A DNA stretch of 64,000 nucleotides. Source: Eledone cirrhosa (Eukaryota). Each line of letters begins with the position of its first letter. The stretch's first letter is position 1. The stretch is taken from assembly GCA_964016885.1 (NCBI GenBank), contig OZ024748.1, positions 3,844,001 to 3,908,000 on the forward strand, in the 5' to 3' direction. This document shows positions 1-13,249 of this stretch, piece after piece. The notes under the pieces were generated by a model. The model had not been told where the DNA came from, searched no databases, and saw only the letters and a program-made list of their open reading frames with translations. The position numbers were made by a program, and so were the translations under genes.

Positions 1-42
1 GTCAAAGATTGGGCACCAGATGCTTTTATAATTTCTTTCAAG
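1..42 (+). CDS. PPCS: Phosphopantothenate-cysteine ligase, internal coding exon (5' part outside window)
   Basis: Frame 1 reads VKDWAPDAFIISFK then a GTTAGT donor. Matches the conserved PPCS motif VKDWAPxAFIISFKLET recalled from animal PPCS. Confidence 0.9.
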
Positions 43-212
43 GTTAGTAACAGTTAACCCTTTTGATGCCAAACTGCCTGAAACTGTTTGTTTTAAAGGG
101 TTTATATATTAAATAAAAACTTCCATCAGCATTTTATGTAAGAACCTTTGTTTAGTTATGTTCCAAATATCATCATCATCATCATTATCATCGTTTTTAC
201 ATTGATTTTATT

Positions 213-261
<49 letters not shown>

Positions 262-404
262 TTATTCTGGGTTGAATTGGAGGTAACTAGAGTAAGTAAG
301 GTACTCAATACATAGCAGAGTATAAATGTTTTAATATAGATGAGATTCTACAGGACTAAAACTGTTTCATTCTTTAGAAATCATCAGGAATATATATATA
401 TAGA

Positions 405-696
405 GGCACATGGCTTAGTGGTTAGAGCGTTGGCCTTGCAATCAAAAGGTTGTGAGTTCAATTCTCAGACCGGGTGATGTGTTGTTTCCTTGAGCAAGAC
501 ACTTTATTTCACAATGCTCCAGTTTACTCAGCTGTAGAAATGTAAAGTGGTCGTGGAGGTGCCACGGCAAAAAAGCACCCAGCACTCACTGTAAATGAGG
601 CTGGTGTTAGGAAGGGCATCCAGCTGTAGAAATCAAGCCAGAATCAGTTCCCGTCCCACCCTTGCAAGCAGGGAAAAAGCGGACGTAAAATGATGA

Positions 697-700
<4 letters not shown>
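405..700 (+). mobile_element. tRNA-derived CORE-type SINE with RTE-like tail
   Basis: A box TGGCTTAGTGG, B box GAGTTCAATTC, CORE-like CCTTGAGCAAGACACTT...CAGTTTACTCAGCTGTAGAAATG, (TGA)n tail; sits in (TA)n; near-identical copies at 1647 and 19227. Confidence 0.85.
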
Positions 701-764
<64 letters not shown>

Positions 765-1041
765 ATGATGATGGCGGCAGCTGCTGCTGTTTCTTCTTTT
801 TTTCTTTTTCTTTTTCTTTTTCTTTTTCTTCTTCTTCCACACAGCCGTGTATGTGTGTGTATGCTTACAATTACTAATGTCCTGTAACTTTATGTCCCAG
901 ATTTGAAAATGTAAATACTGCGGCCCAATATGATCAACTAAATCCCTTCAATATGGCCACAACCTGATGACTAAAACAAACTTTTCTACTTTAAACTAAA
1001 TTCATAACAAAAATATTTTTTCTTTCTTTTATTAATTTTAG

Positions 1042-1107
1042 TTAGAAACTAAAAGAGATTTCCTGATATCGAAAGCAAAGGCAGCTCTTGAGAAATATCA
1101 ACACCAG
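1042..1107 (+). CDS. PPCS: PPCS coding exon
   Basis: ttttag acceptor, 66 nt LETKRDFLISKAKAALEKYQHQ, GTAAG donor; phase 0/0 with neighbouring exons. Confidence 0.9.
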
Positions 1108-1335
1108 GTAAGAAGTCTAACTATATATAATTATGGCTAGATACATATACACAAGTCTGTCTGTCTTTGTGTGTTTATGTGTTTGTCTATCAGCAGTTAT
1201 GGGTAGATACATAAACACATAGATAGATATATGCACACACACACATACATGGATACATACACATATACACACATACATACATATACGTACATACACAATG
1301 CACTGCCTAGACCAGGGATGAAAGTCACAACATAC

Positions 1336-1382
<47 letters not shown>

Positions 1383-1597
1383 TAAATTAGCGAGAATTGT
1401 ATTTCGGCTATTGAAAATTAGCGAAAGTTCAACTTGCGAGATGTGTGGCAAGCGCTCCATAGAAGCTAGTGGACTAGAGCTACAACATAAGTTAAAAGGC
1501 CAAACACACTGAGACGATGGTTAAACCATTATCCGCACAGCCATAGAAACGACCAAGTAATTCGGGTCTTCGGGTCGAACAAATAATAAAATATGAT

Positions 1598-1646
<49 letters not shown>

Positions 1647-1648
<2 letters not shown>

Positions 1649-1949
1649 CACATGGCTTAGTGGTTAGATAGAACATTGGCCTTGCAATCAAAAGGTTGTG
1701 AGTTCAATTCTCAGACCGGGTGATGTGTTGTTTCCTTGAGCAAGACACTTTATTTCACATTGCTCCAGTTTACTCAGCTGTAGAAATGAGATGTAAAGTG
1801 GTCGTGGAGGTGCCACGGCAAAAAAGCACCCAGTACTCACTGTAAATGAGGTTGGTGTTAGGAAGGGCATCCAGCTGTAGAAATCAAGCCAGAATCAGTT
1901 CCCATCTCACCCTTGCAAGCAGGGAAAAGCGGACGTAAAATGAAATGAT
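1647..1949 (+). mobile_element. CORE-type SINE, same family as 405-700
   Basis: Near-identical sequence; in a PPCS intron. Confidence 0.85.
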
Positions 1950-2314
1950 AAATACACACACACACATACATACAGACCTACATACATATATATACACTGC
2001 ACTGCCTAATCCAGAGATGAAAGTCACAACATACATATATATACATATATACATATATATATACATACACATATATATATATATACACGCACATACATAT
2101 ATACACAGTGCACTGTCTAGTCCATGTATGTAAGTCACAACATACATACATATATATGCACACACACACATATATATATACATACACACATAAATACCCA
2201 CATTCCTCCTTTCTTTTATTGAATTCTTCTCTCCTTCCTTCTTCCCTCCACTTTCAATAAACTGTTATAGTTGTTGTTGTTGTTGTTTTCATCTCTTGTT
2301 CTTCAATTCTGTAG

Positions 2315-2488
2315 TTGGTCATTGCAAACCTTCTTGAGACGAGGAAAGAGGAGGTAATCCTGGTTACTAATGACTCCTCACAACCAATAACTTTGTCTGC
2401 TGAACAACTTTCACAGGGAGTTGAAATAGAAGAACTTATTGTCAACACTTTGATAAAGAAACATAGTGAAATGGTAAACAAGAAGTAA
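2315..2488 (+). CDS. PPCS: PPCS last coding exon
   Basis: ttctgtag acceptor, LVIANLLETRKEEVILVTNDSSQPITLSAEQLSQGVEIEELIVNTLIKKHSEMVNKK-TAA. Resembles the PPCS C-terminus (VVANxLExR...GVEIEExIV). Confidence 0.9.
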   Translation: MVIANLLETRKEEVILVTNDSSQPITLSAEQLSQGVEIEELIVNTLIKKHSEMVNKK

Positions 2489-3383
2489 TACAGCTTTATT
2501 GTATGGAGGTGGTGGTGGGGGTGGTTGGTCTGGAATCTATTTTCTTCTTCCCCCTCTTCATCCTCTTTCTTCTTCCTTTTCTTTTCCTTTCTTTTTCTCT
2601 TTCCATTTTCTCTTTCCTTTTTCTTTGCTTCCTCTCTTCTTTCTTCTCTTATTCCCTTCTTTCTTTTTCTTCTTTCCTCCTCCTCTCTGTCTTCTTCTCC
2701 TCCTCCTCTCTTCTTTAGAAGGAAGTTCTCTAAGAAACTGTGATTTTTTTTTTGTAATTTTACTGTAAAATGTTTTAAATGTTTAAAAAAAAAAAATTTT
2801 TTTTTTACTCTAAAAATGCCTCTAAGTAGAATCTTATTAGGATGTATATCCTATATTTTTGCATGCAAGCTTTGGATGAACGAATCATGAAAGCAACTAA
2901 GATGATGTAGAAAGATTCTTGAAAGTAAGCTTGGTGTTGGTGTTGGTGTTGAGGAATTTCAATGTAGAACAGTGTATCTCTTAAGGTTTTGTTGTCACTT
3001 TTCAGAATGTGAGAACCAACGTATTCGAGATGAGGGCCCAGACCCATCTGAGAGATCAGTGTCTCTGATTAAGTAGTTACTTGGTCCTTGGTGAACTGTC
3101 CAACCCTTGCTAACAGGGAAATCAAACGTTAAATGATGTCGTGGTTCTGTCTATGAAACCATCTACAGCATTGTTAATCATCCATTATGAGGTGACTAGG
3201 GTTGGCATAAGGAAGAGATCTGGTTGTAAAACATTGTTTCAAAACATCCTATCTAACCCATGCCAGCATGTATATGTAAAACTGATGATGATGATGATAT
3301 ATATATATTCTAAAACCAGGATACACACTGGTATGGTGAACTAACTGTTGTCTTACTACTTATATATATATATATATATATAT

Positions 3384-3538
3384 AAGTAGTAAGACAACAA
3401 TTAGTTCACCATACCGAGAACAATTGTTTCACCTTATGCGGATCTTCAGCTCGGACTGGTAATCAATCCGAGCTGAAGATCTGCATAAGGTGAAACAATT
3501 GTTCTCGGTATGGTGAACTAATTGTTGTCTTACTACTT
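3384..3538. mobile_element. Fold-back Penelope-like terminal repeat with two inverted minimal hammerhead motifs
   Basis: About 72-bp near-perfect inverted arms; each has CCGAG-CTGAAGA...GAAAC-AATT-GTT-CTCGG. Related pieces at 29629-29728 and 31813-31953. Confidence 0.75.
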
Positions 3539-4704
3539 CTACCAAATTCGTCCCATGGACTGAGTGCTCTACTACTACGGATATTAACTTCCAGTGTTCT
3601 ACCTTTATATATATATATATATATATAATAAAGAGGAAAATACGAAGTTGAAGATGTTAGGGTCCTTTATTAATTGAGCTGTTATACATATTTCAATGAT
3701 GATAGATATAATGGTTTCTTCAGACCGCAAAAATTGATTAAAAGGTAACATTTCTGAGGCAATTTTAGGTGGAAGAGAGTGGACTAAAAAAAGGTGCATG
3801 CTTTTGCTTTGAGTGCCCGTTCCCTTCTAATTTTCAGGAGCTACCGACAGCCCTGCTTAGTCACAGGAGTGTGTATCCTGGTTTTTAGAATAGATACACA
3901 CTGCATTTCAGCATGTAATAAGAGGCGACTAAAAGAGTTGGCATCAGTGAGGGCATCTGGCTGTAAAACATTGTTTCAAAATATCCCAAGCCGACCATGC
4001 CAGCTTAGAAAAATGGAGGTAAATAAAAAAAATTAAAATGTATTAACACTGACAGTTTGATATGTCACTTTCAAGCCTGCACCTGAGCAACAACAGATCA
4101 TATGAAATATTGTAGTAAGGCACACACAGCTGATTTTCTCACCAAATAGGAAATAACAAGTGCATTCTGGGTAACTAATTATTGTCTCTTGTAGAACTCG
4201 AGAAACAAAATAAAACCAATATATTGAAAGAAATTCTTCATTGCAAGCACCATCCCAATCTCTTGTATATATTAAAACAAAAAAATGTTGATGATAATGA
4301 TAGTGGTGGGTGTGATGATAATGATGGTGGTGGTATTGGTAGTAGTGGTGACGACTAATATTTAAAAAAAAATACCATACAATCTGATGCAGAGTTTGAT
4401 AACTTAAGGTCATCTTTATTTCATGTTCTATAAAAGACAATCCTATGGTGGCCACTTAGCAAATTTGTTAGAATGCTTTGCAGTATTCATACCAGTTCTC
4501 TCTGCTCTGAACTCCATTGTGAGTGACAGTCAAGTTAGGATGCAATGTTTTCACTTCAGACTTCTCAGCAATTCCTTAAACATTTAGTTTTTAACAATGA
4601 TAACAACAATCTTCCTAATCCAGACTTTGAAACATTCCATTGTTTGTTTTTAATTAATTTTACTATTTCGAAAATATTTCATCTTTTCTCTGCTCATTAA
4701 AAAA

Positions 4705-4747
<43 letters not shown>

Positions 4748-4767
4748 AATACACACACATATATATA

Positions 4768-4910
4768 CATGACAAATATGGAGCTTGAAATACAGGAACA
4801 TTCGGTATGTGTTACATTGGGAGATCTTGACAAAGGCTAGATCTTATAATGGTAACAGAAAACCTTGTGATCTTTGTGTTGCTGAAGCCCTCAAAATCCT
4901 GATTTTGGCT
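4768..4910 (+). mobile_element. Penelope-like element GIY-YIG C-terminal fragment
   Basis: ELKYRNIRYVLHWEILTKARSYNGNRKPCDLCVAEALKIL fits the WxIL..A..Y.....CxLCxxE pattern of PLE endonucleases. Confidence 0.65.
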
Positions 4911-5773
4911 TGTAAGATATTCAACACCTTTTCACATGACAGCTCCATATTGTATCCATATGGATGTTATTGATCCACACACTTATAGTGAATAGATGGA
5001 ATATTTAGAGACAGTTATTAACAAACTATTATAAATGAGACATTGTAACTTATTGAACTCTAACATTTGGTTTTCAATATTGGGAATCATATAGTTGGGA
5101 CATATATGAGACTACCCTTCAGAATGCAAAGAGCTAGAACAAATACCTAAGGCATCTAGTCTGGTGCTTTACCAATTAGTAATAATTGATAATTAGTTTT
5201 GTGCTCTACTTGGAATCTGATCATCATCATCATCACTATGTATGTGTGTATGTCTAGCTTGAGTTTATTAATAAATATATATGAAAATGTATTTGTGAGT
5301 TTTATATCAAATAATAATATTAATATTAATTTCTTTTGTAAGCAAACAGCCTCATAACACCATGTGCCATCCTTTTGTTCTGGAGGTAGAAGAAAAGGAT
5401 GATAATGGTTGTCTAAAACACATGAAGGTCTGAGGCTGTTAGCTTGCAAACGAATTGAATATTGCTATTATTATTATTATTCGATATAAAGCCCACAAAT
5501 GCATTTATGTATCAGCTATGTTAGAGCGAAAACAAATTTTGTTTTTTATATATATAAATATATAAACATATAAAGAAAAACACAACTACCTTATTATTGA
5601 ATTTATCAGTTGTAAAACTATGTTGGGAATTTTTATTAAATTTATAAAAATAAAAATCAATTTTATTTCAGTTACTCTCTGGTTTGTGTTTGTTATTTAA
5701 TTAATTTATTTGTTTGTCTTTGGCCCCATTTTTAGTATTAGGAAAGTCACCTTTATCATTGGTCATAGTTTAA

Positions 5774-6369
5774 CCCTTTAGCATTTACACTACTCAGTAG
5801 AAGGAAGATGCAGTAGAGGAAGACCACAAAAAACATGGGTGGAGGTGGTGAGAGCAGACCTCAGATTGCTGAAGCTCACGGAGGAGATGACAAAGGACCG
5901 TGACAAGTGGAGAGATGCTGTGCTGAATAGGGAAAAGTGGACGTAAAATGATGATGATGATTACTCTATATTTACTATTGTATATTCATGGTAAAGGCTT
6001 TATCTCACATATTCTCGAGTCTACGAGATTTTGATGTTATTATTGTTTATTTTAAGAATGATATCTTAACATCGGTGTGAGTTGTTGGTTACGGCTGGTT
6101 TCAAAAAGGAGGAAGAATTCTAGCTGGATACAGCCAGTTTAACACTTTAGCATTTAAACCGGCTATATCTAGCCAGAATTGTATCACCTCTTCATTCTGT
6201 TCAAACCAGCCATAACCAGTCACTCATACTGATGTCATGGTATTGTTCTTAAAATAAATAATCTCAAAATAAATTCAATATTATGTGAGATAAAGCCTTT
6301 ACCATGAATATATAATAGTAAATGTAAATAAGAGTAAATGTAAATAAGAGTAATGTAAATGCTAAAGGG
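5774..6369. mobile_element. piggyBac-like palindromic MITE (TTAA-flanked) interrupted by an RTE fragment
   Basis: TTAA|CCCTTTAGCATTTACA ... TGTAAATGCTAAAGGG|TTAA; internal long imperfect inverted repeat. Confidence 0.7.
5796..5961 (+). mobile_element. RTE-clade LINE 3' fragment
   Basis: GRCSRGRPQKTWVEVVRADLRLLKLTEEMTKDRDKWRDAVLNR, then a (TGA)n tail. Confidence 0.8.
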
Positions 6370-7085
6370 TTAAACACTTGTCATTAAAATAAACGATTTT
6401 CAAAGGAATTCACTAATTTCCCAAGTCAGAAAGATGGGATTTTAATTCATTTAAACAGAATTATACATATTTTTGTATATCAACACTTTTTATGAATTAG
6501 AAATAGAAATTTATAGAAAAAATAAATCATATTTAAATATCATCCATTACGAAAGTTCAACAGTGACAAAACATGAAAATACTGTACAAGTGGATACCAT
6601 TTCTCAGATTGAGGTAAATTGTTCAGTTTGCATAAATACCAGTGAACCACTTATTCTATGATATCACCTCAATCTTTTATAGTAAATTGAGACACCTTTG
6701 TACCAACAGTAAAGTATATTGTGTTATGAGGCTGTTTATTAATATTATTTACTCACAAATACATATATATATATGCAATAAAGTATGTCCATAGAATCAT
6801 TTGATAAAATATATACACCATTTCCTCTCCCAATCAGCATAATCAACCACATAAACCAGGCTATAACATTAAAAGACACCTATGAAAATAAACGACAGCT
6901 ATCTATTCGCGATCAACAACTATAGAATATTTATCCAGTATCTCTAAAAGCACGTATATTGCTCTGATTGTTGATTATTTAATTAATTAATTCGTCATTG
7001 AGCCACATCGTGAATGGTTGCCAAAAACATATATATATATATATATATATATCTATGACTTTGTCTAGTTTGTGTATATGTAAAT

Positions 7086-7122
<37 letters not shown>

Positions 7123-7388
7123 CATATTCTTGTGGTGGTGGTGCACATGGTGGTAGTTGTGATTGTTGTTGTGGTAGTGTTTTGGAAGTAATTAGTTTAA
7201 AAGATTGTTGCTAAGCACTTAGCTTAATTATACTTGTGTGTGTATGCCTATGTTTGTATAAGGGTGTGTATGTGGGCATGGTGATTACCTTAGTGTAATA
7301 AAGCTAGTTACTTAGCAACACTATCTCATGTCAAAGAATCTCTGACAAATTCTACCTTATTTAGCTTTATTTTCATAAATGAGTTTAA

Positions 7389-7860
7389 CCTTTTCCATAC
7401 CAAACTGTTTTGAACAGACCTTATTTCTATATTTGTTTAAAAGTGTTCAGGTTGAGAGACTACTTTGATGTCTGCCAGTACTATCCTTAGGGGGAGGCAA
7501 TGCAGCCAGTTGTTGAGGGTGCCACTTAAGACATTTGACTGTGTTGTCTATCAGGGTATTTCAATAGGTCTTAGAAATATTTGGCAGTATTGATCTCCCT
7601 GTAACTGGTACAGCCAGTCATTGGGAGTGCTACTTAACCCTTTCATGACTGCATTTCTAATGAAATGCACTCTTTCAATAATTGAAGAATTTTGAAGGAT
7701 TTACTAAAATTATTAATTATTTCATTACTAAGATAACTTAATGTAAGGTTCTTATATAAAATTATGTTGGAAGATTTTAATTTAAAATAGAAACCTTTAA
7801 AATGGGTGGCTTTATTTCATAGAACCAGAGCTGGTTTTGGCCAGGTTGGTAACTAAAGGG
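7389..7860. mobile_element. piggyBac-like MITE remnant(s)
   Basis: TTAA-CC(C)TTT starts at 7385 and 7634; AAAGGG-TTAA end at 7864; similar ends at 55, 25244 and 38248. Confidence 0.5.
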
Positions 7861-8265
7861 TTAAGATGTTTGACTGTGTTGACTCTCATGGCATTTTAAT
7901 GGGACTACAACCACAACTAATGCCACTACAATCACAACCACCACAACAACTAATACCACTACAATCACAACCACAACAACTAATACCACTACAATCACAA
8001 CCACCACAACAACTAGTACCACTACAATCACAACCACCACAACAACAAATACCACTACAATCACAACCACCAGACCCCCCCCCCCCCAACAACAACCACC
8101 ATCATAAACCTTGATCACTGCCACAACCTCTGCCATCACTATCACAACCACCACAACCACTATCACCATCACTGCTACAACCACTACCACCACCACTGCC
8201 ACAACTAGCACCACCACTATTACTACTACACCCACTACTAGCACCACTACTACTACATCCACCAA

Positions 8266-8296
<31 letters not shown>

Positions 8297-9046
8297 ACAC
8301 ACATATATATATATATAACACACAGCCACTACCATTAGCACCACTACAACCACCACCATATCCACCACTACCACCACCTTCACCACCACCACTACTACTA
8401 CACCCATCACCACCACCACAACAACTACCACCACCACCATTACTACTATACCCATCACCACCACCACAACAACTACCACCACCAACACTACTACTATACC
8501 CATCACCACCACCAACACTACTACTACCACCACCACCACCACAACAACTACCACCACCACCAACACTACTACTACTACACCCATCACAACAACTACCACC
8601 ACCACCAACACTACTACCACCACCACCACCACAACAACTACCACCACCACCAACACTACTACTACACCCATCACCACCACCACCACCAACACTACTACTA
8701 CTACAACCATCACAACCACTACCACCGCCACCACCAAGTTTTATGCAAATATAATCTTAGTAATTGGTTTCGAATTATTTTGGTAGACAGCTATTGTAGA
8801 GTTTGTGCTGACAGGAGGGTCAGGGGCAGACAATCCTTCAACACTAATTGCAGCAAACAGACACCACTAGAGGTCACTGTCATCAATCATAGCCAACCTA
8901 ACTAATTTTCTTGATGTGTTTTCATTTCATCGGCGGCAGCGACGAAATTTCTCCACTTTTGCCTCACTTGGGCTTTTATTTTCTAGTTATTGATTAATTT
9001 AGGATATGTTTGTGTGTGTTATATATATGTGTGTGTGTGTGTGTGT

Positions 9047-9077
<31 letters not shown>

Positions 9078-9173
9078 TATATATATATGTGTGTGTGTGT
9101 GTATATATATTCATAATGCATATATATATATATATACACACACATGATATGTATGTATATATTTATATGTATG

Positions 9174-9204
<31 letters not shown>

Positions 9205-9242
9205 AATATCCATTGAGATTTCATTGTATAGTTCCACTTTTG

Positions 9243-9278
<36 letters not shown>

Positions 9279-9464
9279 GTGTGTGTATTTATATATATAT
9301 ACTTGTGTGCATACACACTCATTTATTGTGTTTGTGTAAATATATATGTATGCGTGCATGTGTATTGAAGGATGTGTTTTATATATACTGGGACTGGGGT
9401 ATATATATATATGTATATATGAATAGTGCAGGTATATGTATGTGTATATATATATATGTATGTG

Positions 9465-9537
<73 letters not shown>

Positions 9538-10009
9538 ATGTGTATGAATATATATATTTATATATATGTATGTAAATGTGTGTTTCTTTTCTTGCTTAGT
9601 TACTTCCTAGTTTCTGATATATTTATTATTTTTATTATTATTAATTGTTGTTTTGTTCTCTTAGCTGTCGTTATTCTTTACAGGGTTATGTTAGGGAGGT
9701 GAACCTACATTGTAATGAACAAAGATAATAGGACTCACACGCACACCACCAAACACACATACCAACACATACACACAACCCACCACCCCACATATACACA
9801 CACCACTCAACATACATACACACACATACATACCAAATACATATACTCACCACACACCACCCAACATACATACATACAGACATACACACCAACATATACA
9901 CATACATACAGACATACACACCAACATATACACATACATACAGACATACCAACATACATTTATACCTACAAACAGATTCTTTCTAACATAGCTTGTGGCC
10001 AGTAATACA

Positions 10010-10336
10010 AGGGAGAGAAGTCCATTACATCAACCTCAATATATTACTGGTACGTTATTTTATTGACCTCTATAGGATGCAAGACAAAGTTGAAACCAGT
10101 GGAATTTGAGCAGAGAACCAGAACAAATATTGTAAAGCGTTTTGTCCAACACCCTAACAATTCTGGCAATCTACCACCTTTTTATAATAATAATGGTTTC
10201 TTATATAGGCACAAGGCCAGCAATTTTGGGGGTAGGGGAAAGTCGAGTAAATCGACCCCAGTACATGACTGGTACTTTATTTTATCGATTCCGTAAAGAT
10301 GAAAAGCAAAGCTAACCTCGTAGGGATTTGAACTCA
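10010..10336 (-). mobile_element. Second tRNA-derived SINE family (GCCTTTCATCCTT..GGGGTCGATAAAATAAAGTACCAG domain)
   Basis: Same motif recurs near 11500-11795, 12214-12390, 18250-18605, 36320-36515, 37310-37485, 38835-39015, 39915-40228, 41270-41560, 53375-53525 and 60395-60888. Confidence 0.75.
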
Positions 10337-11845
10337 TTCATACTTATATATGGGTGTGCATGTTTGTGTATATATATATATACACACACACGTGTATAAA
10401 AATATCAAGAGAGATAATCCATTCTTGCATAAGCTTTTAGGAGTTGTTTCCCTTGTGTAAAATTTGTTAAGCGTCCTCTCTCTCTCTCTCTCTTCCCCTT
10501 TATTCCGTCATTTACAAACAAATGAACTAAATACATTTAACAATATAAAACTTGAACAAAAAACTATGAATATTCCTGCATTATAACACAGATCGGTTTT
10601 ATTTTCATTGTTTCACGGAATAATTCTTCATTAAATCAAGAATTATAAAATGAGTATTTAAAAAGAAAAAGAAATTTGTTTTTACAACTCTTACTCCACC
10701 CTACAGACACACAACATTATATTCTAAAGAAAAAAAAGCTTAACCAGGAATCATAGTTTTCGATATTTTACAGTTTTGTAATAAAAAAAAGATTGTGTTG
10801 TGAGATTCCTTTCCAAAATTACAATAGAAGTTATTTAAAGAAAAAAAATAAAATCAACTTAAAAATTAAAAAAAAATTTGCTTGAATATTTGACAGTTTC
10901 TTCCTGAAGAAGTTATTTTTTTCCCCATCATTAGTGCTGCGTTATGGCCCACCTAACAGGTTTCAAATTACACTTAGATGTTTTTCATTTCACTTAAAGT
11001 TCTAATTAATGGTTTCTAATTTTGGCACCAGGCCAAAGCTTCTAAGGTCAAAACACATTAACATAAATTTAATTAATGTCCATATTTTAACATAAAACAA
11101 ATATATAATTTATTATTATTTGCACTGATGAGCTATTGAAAACTGGGTGTTAGGATTCTTAAGTATCACAATTCTGGGCAATAAAAACTGTAAAGTACCT
11201 TTCTTGACCTTATATGGTCAAAACGTATTATAAACACACTACTTTGTAGCATCAAAGTTTTGTAAGGTATGAAGGCATGTCAGGTAAAAACAAGTTAACA
11301 TATCTTCTAGTGCCAAAGGTCTCATAGGGTTATAAATGCTTTCATCTTATCTTCTAATGGTTTAGCAGAAAATATCTAAAAATGGGTTAATTCAAATACA
11401 TATAGTATGTTTACACCTGGACAGATCTTTGTGAAAATTTGCAGCATTAGAATAAAGACTTTAATTTTTAATGTAGTGCAGTTATAGTGCCAGCAGATCT
11501 CGGTGTATTACTGGTACTTTATTTTATCGGCCCCGTAAGGATGAAAGGCAAAGCTTAACCACCCTAATAATTGTTTCTACTTCAGGCACAAGGCCAGGAA
11601 TTTTGAGGGCAGGGAAATGTTGATTATATTGACCCCAGTACATGACAGGTACTTTATTGTATCAACCCCAGAAGGATGAAAGGCAAAGTTGACTATATCA
11701 GGATTTTCTAACATTGGAACAAGATCACACATTTTTTTTCTTTTTTAGGGGAAAGTTGTAGTTGATTAAATCAACCCCAGTATTTGACTGGTATTACTGT
11801 TGCTGTTGGTTGTATTTGGTGGTGGTAGTGGTGGTCATGGCTAAG

Positions 11846-12004
11846 TTATTTGGCACTCATTTCCTTCAAGAACTTGTAAGTTGATGAGAAATCCATTTCA
11901 GCATACCCATTGTTACACAACATTCTGTAGATCTGCAGGGCCATTCCACCGAGGGGTGTAGAGCACTTTGTTTCACTAGCAGCATTCTGGGCCAAACCAA
12001 GATC
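11846..12004 (-). CDS. HIBADH: 3-hydroxyisobutyrate dehydrogenase, exon 9 (last)
   Basis: AG acceptor, DLGLAQNAASETKCSTPLGGMALQIYRMLCNNGYAEMDFSSTYKFLKEMSAK-TAA, 159 nt. Confidence 0.95.
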   Translation of the reverse strand, partial: DLGLAQNAASETKCSTPLGGMALQIYRMLCNNGYAEMDFSSTYKFLKEMSAK

Positions 12005-12427
12005 CTGGCAAAAAACAAAACAAAACAAAAAAAACACTAAATAACAAAATAAAAGATTTAAAGCGACCATATCCAGCCAGAATTCTTTCACCTCTTTTTG
12101 TTAAAACCAGCCATTACTGGCCACTCATACTGATGTTAAGGTATTGTTCTCAAAATAAATATCAATAAAATCTCATAGATTCGAAATTATGTGAAACCAT
12201 CACTTTGAAGGGAAGTGGAAAGTCCATTAAATTGACCCCAGTGCATTACTGGTACTTTATTTTATCGACCCTGTCAGGATGAAAGGTAAAGCTAACTTCG
12301 GCAGGTTTTGAACTCAAAACGTAAAGGGTTGTAACTATATGCCACAAAGCATGCTGTCTGACGCTCTTCTGATTCTGACAATCCACCTCTATTCTCATTG
12401 CTAATTATAAAAAGGAATGTAACAAAC

Positions 12428-12584
12428 CTTCATCATTAGGGCTGATCCGAAACCTCCCTTGTAGTTGTTACTGGAGGGGACACCTTCCTTCACCCCTGGG
12501 ACTGGGTTGTACAACTCACTTGACCAACACCGGCCAGTACTCACGTTTAATATACTGGCCAGCATTTTGGCATCCAACCCAAGT
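12428..12584 (-). CDS. HIBADH: HIBADH exon 8
   Basis: 157 nt, phase 2/0, [52 protein letters not shown]; AG/GT boundaries. Confidence 0.95.
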
Positions 12585-12828
12585 CTGGTTTTTAAAATAA
12601 AGAAATATATATATCTGTGTGTATGTATATATATGTGTGTATGTATATATATGTGTGTGTATGTATATATATATATATATCTGTGTATGTATATATCTGT
12701 GTGTATGTATATATATGTGTGTATGTATATATATATATATATATATCTGTGTGTATGTATATATATGTGTGTATGTATATATATATATATATATTGTGTG
12801 TATATATATATATATATATATCTGTGTG

Positions 12829-12927
<99 letters not shown>

Positions 12928-13100
12928 GTGTGTATGTATATATATGTGTGTATGTATATATATATATATATTGTGTGTATATATATATATATATATATCT
13001 GTGTGTATGTATATATATCTGTGTGTATGTATATATATGTGTGTATGTATATATATATATATATATTGTGTGTATATATATATATATATATATCTGTGTG

Positions 13101-13151
<51 letters not shown>

Positions 13152-13200
13152 GTGTGTATGTATATATATGTGTGTATGTATATATATATATATATGTGTG

Positions 13201-13249
<49 letters not shown>

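Noticed and set aside
1500-1565. Possible hammerhead (CTGAGACGA...GAAACGACCAAGTA)
   Set aside because: Core spacing is wrong and there is no convincing helix I.
7873-8095. Cys/Gly-rich metallothionein-like ORF (GGCDCSGISCC repeats) and Pro/Gln-rich ORF on the other strand
   Set aside because: A 30-33-bp tandem derivative of the surrounding (CAC/CAA/CTA)n low-complexity tract; no splice or promoter support.
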